Shown piece by piece: positions 54,420 to 64,000 of a DNA stretch of 64,000 bases. Position 1 is the first letter of the stretch, and the number at the start of each line of letters is the position of its first letter. The stretch spans positions 37,014,001 through 37,078,000 of the forward strand of contig JBITNC010000001.1 in the NCBI GenBank assembly GCA_050084985.1, written 5' to 3'. This stretch comes from Nageia nagi. Lineage: Eukaryota; Plantae; Pinophyta. The notes beneath the pieces were generated by a model. That model did not search any database, was not told where the DNA came from, and saw only the letters and a program-made list of their open reading frames with translations. The position numbers and the translations under genes are program-made.

Positions 54420-55294
54420 GTGAAGCTAGAAGTTGAACCCAAAAGGAGTATAAAAGTTGGATCAAAATGCACTAAGGAAGAAAAGGAAATGCTACTTTAA
54501 ATTTACCATGACTTTGCCAAGGTAGTTGCATGGAATTGTGATGATATGAAGACTTACGATAAGAATGTCATCCAACACACCATTGAACATCTACTAAATG
54601 CAAAATCATATAGGTTGAAACAAATGCCTATAACCCAAAGATAGAATAAGCTATGAAATAGGAGTTGCTTAAGCTCCTAGATGCTAAAATTATTTATCCT
54701 ATCAAGAATTCTATTTGGGTAGCTAATTTAGTCCCAGTAAGATAGAAGAATGGAAAAATCAAAATATATGTAAATTTTAGGAATTTGAATCAAGTGTCCC
54801 TAAAAGATAACTATCCTCTTCCTCCTATGGAACAAATCCTACAAATGGTAGCTGGAGCATGTTGTTTTTCTATGATCGATGGCTATTCAAGATTTAATTA
54901 AATTTAGGTAAAGGATGAGGATCAATATAAAACTACTTTTACAACTAAGTGGGGAACATTTTCATTTCAAACAATGCCTTTTGGTCCCTCCAATATTGGG
55001 GTTATATTTTAGAGAGCTATGGACCATGCCTTTGGTGAGTTGATCAACAAAATAATCTTGGTCTATTTGGATGATATTATTGTATTTTCAAAAAGTAGAA
55101 ACGATCACTTAGACCATATTAGGAAATTTTTTAAGAAATGTATGCAATTCAAGATTTCTATTAATCCCAAAAAATCTATTTTTATGGTAAATTAGAGAAA
55201 ATTGCTTGGTCACATTATTTTTGGAGAAGGGTTGGCAATTGATCCAAACAAAGTGAAATCTATTGAGGAATTTCTTTTTCCCTAAAATAAGAAG
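54420..55294 (+). pseudogene. pol: Element D reverse transcriptase
   Basis: SIWVANLVPV, KDNYPLPPMEQIL, DGYSRFN, MPFGPSN; YLDD at 55064-55075. Confidence 0.92.
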
Positions 55295-57168
55295 TGTTGA
55301 TTAGTATAATGTAACCTCAATCATTTGGTCTAGTTAAGTTCTCCATTTCCCATAATATTAGGGTCCTTGAAAGAGTAGAAGGTGGTGGGAGAGTGCGCTC
55401 GTGAGGGATTTTCTACTCAATATATAGATTGTAAGCTAATTCCTATCTATGGTAAAGGTTAAAAATAACTAAAAATATATAAAATATAAGAGTAATAGGA
55501 AATATATGAATAAATAAAATATAGGAAGCAACTATAACTAATTAACCTAGGCATTACCACACTTGAAACAATCCATAGCCAAGATTATGAATAAAAAACT
55601 ATCTTACTCTTGGTGTCTCATAATCACAATACACAACCACAACTTAAGATAATATTTCATGCATAACATATATAAAACATAATTAAGAACCATGAAATAT
55701 GAAGGAAAAATCATTAATGCATTATACTATCACACATGAAAGTATTTCATACACTAGGCAAATTTGCTAGAATGTTTGACATTTTAGACTTCTAAAAGCT
55801 TGCTATTTATATGTTCATATTTACAACTAGGTGGTTGTACACCATTACTACACTTAATTATTTATTAAATAAGAATAGGATAAAAAATTGTTTACAATGA
55901 ACAAATTATAATCACAACTATACTAAATTGTATAGTGACTAGGTACAATCAATGCCAAGGTTTGGAAATTTAATATTTTTGAACTATTGTACTTCTTCAA
56001 TCATAATCTCTTTGATTTATCATTGATTGCATACTATTTCAATGCATGGTATGTTAGCTTGATTGGTACATTTTATCTCTATGCTTTTTTAGTAGTCCTC
56101 TAACTTTTTACAACCATTTATGGTAATCTTTATAGCTCCAAGTTGTAAGGAATTGTGAGGGAATTGAAAAGTGTATCAATGAAACCTAAGGAAGAACTGC
56201 TACTATCACATGGAAATGAGTCATGATCATCATATTAATGGATATATAAGGGTCAAACACTCATGATTAAGTGGACTCAAGTTTTTTCTTTAGCTCACTA
56301 TCCCTTTCTCAATGTAGTGGGTTTTATTCGCTCTAGGCAGGGTTTATTACTCTCTAAGACTTTGCATTACCACCCATTAATTTTTAGTGAAAGGTATGAT
56401 TTCATCACTTAATATCATTAGCCTCTTAATTATAGAATTTTTTGAATATATCCCACTAATTTATAGCTATATAGTACCTACTAATGAATTATCTTAGCAC
56501 TCGCTAATTTCTAATAAAGTATGGTACATCATCACTCAAAATCAACAAGCTTTGGAGGATAATTATATAAAATATCTCTTACTAATTTTTGATATATGGT
56601 AGAATTATTTCTCCAAAAATCCATAGGATTTAAGATATTACCCTTTACTAACTTTGACTCAATAGTGACTCACATTTACAATATTTCTTAAAAATACTTA
56701 GACTTTTCCAATACCTAATCCCAACTAAAACATTTACTTCCCTTACATGTTACACCATTTCCTAGACATGCTACATTACTTCTCGAACATGACTTAGACA
56801 TATTGATATTTTCTTATGACCTTAAACCTATATAAAGTTATTAGAAAATACTTGACTAAGTAGTGATCAACCTCTAGGACTTATTTATATGATAACACCT
56901 ACTTTTGATCAAAATAGAGGTTAAGTTACCAAATAAATTATTTAAGATGTATATACATTGACAACACCAAAACCTCCATGGAATTAACCAAATTTTGATA
57001 AAATTGACTAAGTACAAAGAATAAACACTCTTTTCAATATTTACAAAATATGAAAGGGGAGCAAGAAATGGGAATTAAGAATGAGTTTATTTGGAAGGAA
57101 TGAAAGAATAAAGAATGATAAAAAAATTACCCAATTTTTAGAGCATGATTCTAAAATAATAATAGTCA
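55295..57168 (-). repeat. Element E 3' LTR
   Basis: Plus-strand TGTTGATTAG at 55295 and ...AATAGTCA at 57168; inverted homolog of the D LTR. Confidence 0.8.
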
Positions 57169-57187
57169 TTTGGAAATTCTTGGGGTC

Positions 57188-59154
57188 TTAGCCTACTAAA
57201 GAAAAAGGAATTAAAGAATTTGAGGGTGTATCTACTCTTGAAGCAGATTCTGGAGTGTGTTGTATAAGATCTTTTGGTGTTTTTTCCTCTTCTTCTTCTT
57301 CAAAAAGCTTCTTCTCTTTAGGCACCTTATCCTTTGGGTAGGAGTATTTTAGCTTTTTGAGGGCTTTATCATCATCATCATCATCTCCATCCTCATATGC
57401 TTCACCTCTAGTAGCCATGGTAACACCTATCCTAAGTACATTTTCTCCTCCTTACTACACTTCATCTCCCATTTCTTCTTATGTATCCTAGTAGATAATA
57501 GTATCTATGCTCTGGGGCATTTACATTTCTTTAGCATCTACCATCTCCTTTTCTTCATTGCTTAGGGCTAGCAATTCATGACTTATTTGGAGAGATGGAA
57601 TCTATATACTCTTAGTTTCCTATGGTTGTATGGTTTGAGCCTTCCTTTCTTGTTTTTCTTTCTTCTCCAAGGCTTGTTGGTCTTGAGCCAATGTTTTGAT
57701 TCCTCTCCTCCTTTTTAGGGAGGACTCCTAGGAAGTGAAAGCTATTTCAACTTGCTTTCCCCTTTTCCTTTTCATCTCCTATCATGACCTAGATGGTTCA
57801 TTAGCTTCATTCTTCTTTGTCATCCTTTTCACCCTTTACATTAATGGTTGATTATCTCCTATTGATATTCCTTGAAAATTGGCTAGGAGTGGTTGTCCTA
57901 TCTCTGGTAGTGGGTCCTAAATGTACTATGAATTCTAGTACTGATCATACTAAATATCACCAAAGAATTGATTTTCAATGTGGTTTATTTTTATTATGTA
58001 TTCAAATCTAAATTTTTTGAAATAATCAATTTTGTTGGGTCCCTAACCTAAATCATCCCTCAACTAGGTAATATCCTCTAGATTTAAGGTAAAATATTAC
58101 CATCTAACCTTTAAGATCATATATTTTTTAATATTATAAAGGGCTAACCATGCCTTATCCAAAATTACAAACTCCCACTTTGGGGATGCCTAGGCTTGCT
58201 CTCCAAATTGATTTACAAAATATTTAATGTGAGAGTAAGGATAATGGGAAAAATTTGAGAGCTTTTTATTTCATTTTATTATTTTTATTACCTCACCCAA
58301 TGGATCATATACCCATAGTGCATCTAGCATATCTAATTTAAAATTCTATATAATAAATTGAGCTAACTCATCTTTACATCTTATCTCTTATAATGTAAAA
58401 TTTTTAGCTATATATAGTATCTTAATAATGGGCTTAAACTTACCCCTAGACCCATATTTTATTTCTATGGCACATATTTATCTACCCATCTCTATAGAAT
58501 ACAATTGGAGGGTCACAAATTTTTCAAAAAATACTAGTCACCAATTTTTTTTCCTCCCTGCAACTTCTGCATAGTCAATTGGCATAGTCTATGAGTGGTT
58601 CTCCCCATATATCTTTTGTTAATCCAATCTATCATCTCTTAATCATTTTGATAAAATTTGGCCTTCTCACACTTCAAGTTAATTTCTTTCTTAATGTGGA
58701 AGGTCTAGTCAACTGAGATTACAAATACATGCATGATAGCATTAGGGGAATAGTCCAAAAAAATGTCACGTTGATACCTAAGCTCTACCTCACTTTCTTG
58801 ATAATCCTCATAGTCTTTGAATTCATTCTCCTATGGATTATGTTTGAGTGTTATGGAATACAAGATATTTGAGTAGGTAAATAACTCATAGGGCACATAA
58901 TATGCAAGGCCCTAATCCAACATTACATCTCCTTTTGATTTAGCTAAAGATTTTCCTTTACCCATAACCTCAAGCTTTAGGTACTACAATAGGATCCTTT
59001 TAAGGTCATAATGGTAGGTTTCCATGTGATTAATGAGTCCCATATCTTTTCAATTAACAATAGGAGCATTTTATAAGTATTCTTAATGAATCACTATGAG
59101 GTCAGCATTCAACCCTTCTTGCTCAATCACTACAGGTTCCTTGGTTCTTGCCAT
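57188..59154 (-). pseudogene. Decayed ~650-codon extra ORF downstream of integrase (unknown function)
   Basis: Starts MARTKEPVVIEQEGLNAD. It stays protein-like in one frame for more than 150 codons, with stops explicable by C->T or G->A, and ends in the acidic/basic ORF 57188-57418. Confidence 0.7.
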
Positions 59155-59759
59155 GGTGTTGACTATCTTTTTTGTAGTATGAGTAAGCATCAAGTACATT
59201 AAACCTTACAATTCTAGGCTTTGAAACTCAACTTATTCTCTTTCTATTAGCTCAATAGACTCTAAGCTCTGGTTCTCTCAAAAACTAATGCTTTGAAATT
59301 TGCTAGTGAGGAAATAAATGGTTAGGGAGTATGTTTTATTTGCCTAAGGTTTGTGACTAATGTCTATTAATGGTAATTAATGATCAAGAAATATCAAGGT
59401 TCATGCAAAGTATGATTTCAAGGATGATAAGAAATATTATATTAATTTCTAGCATGTGAAATTTAAATTAGGTGATATCACATGATTAGTGGGTTTTTCA
59501 TGGAAGTCTCCTTAATTATCATCCTTTGATTGGACAATAAATGCTTGATGGGTTTAGCCCTCCATAATGCCTAGTTAATGCTAGCATTAATGGCTACCTA
59601 CATCCTTAAAAAATATTCCCTTGGTGAATTGATATGTACAAGTAATAAATTATACAAATATTTTTTTAATTTAGAGATATTAATATTTACAATATATAAT
59701 ATTTAGTGGGTGTTATGTAATCTATCAATCACACAATAATTCTTCAAATAGATCTAATT

Positions 59760-61030
59760 CACTAGGATAGGCATATCCTAGGACCTGACAATGTCTTGAA
59801 GCCTAAATATGTTATTTTACATTGCTTGAGTGATGATATAAGGCCTACTCTAGAGGGAGTCAAACTCTTGATATTTCCCAAGATTTGCTCTATCTTCATC
59901 CCATTTGAGGACAATGTCACCAATTTCAAACTTAATTTGGGAAGACTTTTATTTTTCAAACTACTTCTTAACTATTTTCTATCAATGTTAGAAATACTCA
60001 TATGCTTTGTTTCTATCCTCTTTCAATTTCATGAGGTGATTGAATCTTACTTATAGTGGCTCAAAATCATAGTCTTCCAATCCTTGTAGGATTTTTAATA
60101 CAGGTAGCTCAAGATGAATCAATAATACTGGTATTTTACCATATACTAATGCATAAGGGGATGTTTTTATAGCTAATTTGATACTGATCCTATCTTTCTA
60201 TAATGCATAATCTAGTTGTGTATGCCATTATCTAGGATTTCCTTCAATTTTTCTTTTCATAATCTGTGTTAAGTTTTTATTTATTGATTCAACTAACTCA
60301 TTCCTTTGCAAACAATAATTTGAAGAGAACATATAATATATCCCATACTCAATAGTAAAGTCTAACATATTAGCTCCAACAAATGAAGGACCATTTTTTA
60401 ATTCAATAGTTTTAGGGATACCAAAGCAAGTAATCAATCTATTAACAATTTCAATCACTCCCTCTTGATCTACACTCTTTCATGGCATAGCTTCTAACCA
60501 CCTTGTGCAATAATTTGTTGTAGTTAGAATAAATTTATGGCCTACTAAGGAATTTAGATTTATAACACCAATGAAATCAAGATCCCATTGTTGGAATGGT
60601 TCCTCAACAACCATAGGCTTAAGAGGCATTGTAGGCTATCTTCTTTTTTCCACATATTTACTAATTTATCACATTATCAAGCTATCTTGAATGAATTTTA
60701 AAACATAATAGGCTAATAATACCTAGCTTGTAATATTTTTGCTATAGTAGTAGCACCACTATAGTGTTCTCTAAAAAATCCATAATAAAATTCATTTAAA
60801 ACTCTTTGAACTTCATCATGAGTCACACATCTTAATAGGGTTTGATCAAATATTTTCTTATAAATATGGTCATCTATCATCACAAATTTTAATGCTTGTA
60901 GTATGAATCTCCTTATTTGAAATCTATCCAAAGATTGAGGACTTTTATTGGTTATAGAAAAATAAATAAGTTGTTTTATCCAATCACTCTCCAAATTGAG
61001 ATTCTCCTCATCCTCTATGATAACAATCAT
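59760..61030 (-). pseudogene. pol: Element E integrase
   Basis: LLRCVTHDEVQRVLNEFY..HYSGATTIAKILQARYY, TNYCTRWLEA, LITCFGIPKTI..NGPSF, NELVESINKNL. Confidence 0.92.
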
Positions 61031-61149
61031 GTGTATAGCCTCTACTATATTTTCACTAAGGGCTCTTCCCCTTATTATCTTGTTTGGTTTAATTTCTATA
61101 TCTTATTACATTATTCTTATGATCCAACCAGCCTTTCCTTTACCTAATT

Positions 61150-62400
61150 CTCTTTGAATTACATAATTTCTTACATCAAGGTGAATAGTATATACAATAA
61201 TATTTTTGTGGGACACATAATACTTAAAAATTTTAAGCCCTTTCATTATTGAAAACACTTTCTTCTCAATAAATGAGTACCTTCTTTGATGTTGGTGGAG
61301 TGTTTGGATATGAAAGTCAATAGGATGTTTTTCTTTATGGTCATATTTCTATTCTAAGATAATGGTAACACTTTTCTCTACTCCATATGCATACATGATA
61401 AATTTTTTTGAAAAATATGGGTTCTTCAAAATAGGAGCTTCTGTTATAGCCTTTTTAATATCTTGAAAAGCTTTGTTTGCATCCTCTGACTAGAAGAATA
61501 TAGTATATTTCTTTAACATTCTTGTAATTGGAGAAACTATCTCTGAAAAATGATTAATAAATTTTCTAACAAAATTGATTCAACCAAGAAAAGATCGTAA
61601 GGCCTTCTTATTTGAGGGTAATGGTAATGATTCAATAGCTTTTACTCTATCTAGATCAATTCCCATTTCCTTTTTTGAGACAATATGACCAAGAATTTTT
61701 CCTTGGTTAACCATAAAAATAGACTTTTGAGATTAACTAAAATTCCAAATTCTATACTTTTTTCAAAAACTTGCTTTCTTTTCTACTCTTGGAAAATGTT
61801 GTAATGTCATCCAAGTAGACCAAAATAATTTTATTTATCAAATCACCAAAGGTATGGTCCATAGTTCTTTGAAGAGTAGCCATAGCATTAGAGAGATCAA
61901 AAGGAATTCTTTAAAATGCAAATGTTCCCCATTTGGTTGTGAATGCAATATTGAATTGATCCTCATCCTTTACCTAAATTTGGTTGAATATGGAGTAACC
62001 ATCAATCATAGAAAAAGAACATGCTCTAGCTACTATATGCAAGATTTGTTCCATGAGATGGAGGATATAGTTATCCTTCAGAGATACTTGGTTCAAATTT
62101 TTGATGTCTACACATAACCTAATTTCTCCACTTTTTTTCTTTACTAGGACTAGATTGGAAACCCAAGAAGAATGCTTAATAGGATAGATAATTCTAGAAT
62201 CTAGAAGTTTTAATACCCTTGGGTTTACTAGCCTTTATTTCTATCTGTATGGTTTTGCTTTTGGTTCAAGCTCAATAGTGTGTTGGATTATATTCTTATC
62301 ATATATTTTTATATCATCATAAGTTTAGGCAATTACTTTTGATAACTGATGATATATCTAAAAAAATATCTTTTTCTCTTCTTTAGAATAATTTGATCCA
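61150..62400 (-). pseudogene. pol: Element E RT and native RNase H
   Basis: YLDD at 61806-61817; KILGHIVS..LPLPSNKKALRSFLG; APILKNPYFSKKFIMYAYG; RYSFIEKKVF. Confidence 0.92.
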
Positions 62401-62664
62401 ACTTTTATGCATTTCCTAGGTTTAATTTTTAGCTCAACATTGCTCTCCTTTTGAATAGCAAAGTTTTGGCTTTTTGTATATATTCATAATAAAATAGTCA
62501 TTCAAAAGAAAGAAAACCTTTGGGTATGACATTAATTCTAAGTTGTATAATATCTAATTCTCGGAAAAAGTTAAATAGTTTTTTAGTACCAAAGGTATGA
62601 GCTACTACTTCATCTATAAGGAAATTTATAATATGATCATCAAAATCAAATACATAGTATAAGT

Positions 62665-63120
62665 TTATAGTGCCAAGAATAATAGTCTACATAGGAATTT
62701 AACTCCATAGCTTCCTCTCTTATGATTAGCAAGGTTAAAACATGTTTCTTTACTAGCAAGGGCATCAGCAACTTGATTATACCTCCTATGGATAGAGATA
62801 AAATTGATTGCTAGGAATGACTCTAACAAGTCCCATACTATATTTTTGTAGATCTTTATATAGTGATTTTTCACTCTAGTTTGGTCTCTAACTTGCTTTA
62901 TGACCAATTTAGAATCACCATGCACCATCAGGCATTTGATACCCATGATGATTACTTTGGAAAAACCTAAATAGAGGGCTTCATATTTGGTAGCATTATT
63001 TATGCAAATCCATAAAAATTTAAATAAGAATCTTCTCATGAGTCCTTCTAGTGATTTCAATAAAACACCCATACCATAACCATGATTACATCTAGTCCAT
63101 CAAAGTACATTATCCATAAC
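62665..63120 (-). pseudogene. pol: Element E archaeal-type RNase H
   Basis: WIMYFDG, CINNATKYEALYLG..VHGDSKLVIKQV..RRYNQVADALAS. Confidence 0.9.
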
Positions 63121-63399
63121 TCAGGCTTTCTTTTATCTGTAACTAAGATTGGCTAGATATTTTTATATAAGCAATAGTTACACATACCAATATTAGTGAC
63201 TTGGTAATTAATGTCATTAGCTAAAAGGATTTCTATGATTAGAAATATCTCTCTAAGTGTATACCTTTTTAATACTTCAATTGGTCTAGAGCCTTTCAAA
63301 CAATTTTGCTTTATGATCTTCTTAAGATGAACACTTTTAGTAACCTCATTTGGTATCTTTACTTGGTTACTTTGGAAAGGGATTAAAAGATGTTTATAT

Positions 63400-64000
63400 T
63401 CTAAGGCTAAGTATCCTCCTAAATTGGTAGTAAACTCTCTAAAGAAGAAAATCTCAAATATAGGTTGAAGATTAACAATAATAATATCTTGAATGATATA
63501 GATATTAAAGAATGCATTACGAGTTATTAAAACTCCTTTTATACTACCAACAACATCTATCAAGGAAGAATGTAGCTATATGAATCTATCTATGCATTGA
63601 GTAATATACAATTTCATTTTATATGGAATTACTTTGGGAATTATGGTAATAGTAGCTTCGATATCTATCATGCAATTATTAACCACCTAGCCTTCTAATA
63701 TAAGGGAAAGATAAAAAGCTAGAGGTCTTCTTATACATATAGGTGATGGAAGGAAATCATCAAATATTGCAAAGATAACATTTCTCTCATTTACACTTTT
63801 CTTACTATTTTTAAGCTTCAAATATTCTTGCAAAACATCAATTTGACCTAGAATCTTTAATGCATCAAACATTAACATTCTAGAAGGTGTATTTTTTAAT
63901 TCTTCCATGATATTGTATGGAATATAAGGGGTACACTTACTTATTTCACTAGATTGATGTGATTTGAATTGCTAAGTGTCTTTCTTCTTATGATGATTAG
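63400..64000 (-). pseudogene. pol: Element E gag C-terminus and protease
   Basis: AFYLSLILEG*VVNNCMIDIEAT (decayed DSGA), IIIVNLQPIFEIFFFREFT. Confidence 0.75.

Larger units (their letters stand above)
49737..55294 (+). mobile_element. Element D: Tat element with aRH upstream of RT (TatII-like), interrupted in RT by element E
   Basis: LTR ~49737-51615; Arg-type PBS TGGTATGCTTAGTGGGAT at 51624-51641; gag, aRH, RT. Confidence 0.88.
55295..64000 (-). mobile_element. Element E: second TatII-like element, inverted, inserted into D; continues beyond the window
   Basis: 3' LTR at 55295-57168; order on the minus strand is gag-PR-aRH-RT-RH-INT-extra ORF. Confidence 0.92.

Overview
This window is AT-rich (roughly 27-30% GC by eye) and strongly CpG-depleted. 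It is essentially all decayed, nested LTR retrotransposons of a kind typical of large seed-plant genomes; a gymnosperm origin is inferred, not proven. No host gene, RNA gene or intact TE polyprotein was found. Left block: a short copia-like remnant (146-1899), then a minus-strand Lys-PBS Ty3/gypsy element (A, ~3400-19668). A hosts a Tekay-like chromovirus (4465-13654, TSD AGTGA) and a 4.8-kb non-autonomous Ogre-like element (B, ~14201-18982). Middle: a 16.4-kb Ogre/Tat element (C, 20079-36524, TSD ACAAT) with gag-PR-G-patch-RT-RH-aRH-INT and an antisense plant mobile domain (PMD) ORF. Right block: a five-level nest of copia <- F <- G <- D <- E. D and E are inverted copies of a Tat family that places archaeal-type RNase H upstream of RT. 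The most interesting signals are accessory cargo ORFs: antisense PMD in both B and C, and a ~650-codon decayed ORF beginning MARTK in E. Also notable are two different aRH architectures, missing canonical PPTs in E and F, and pervasive C->T decay that extends beyond CpG.
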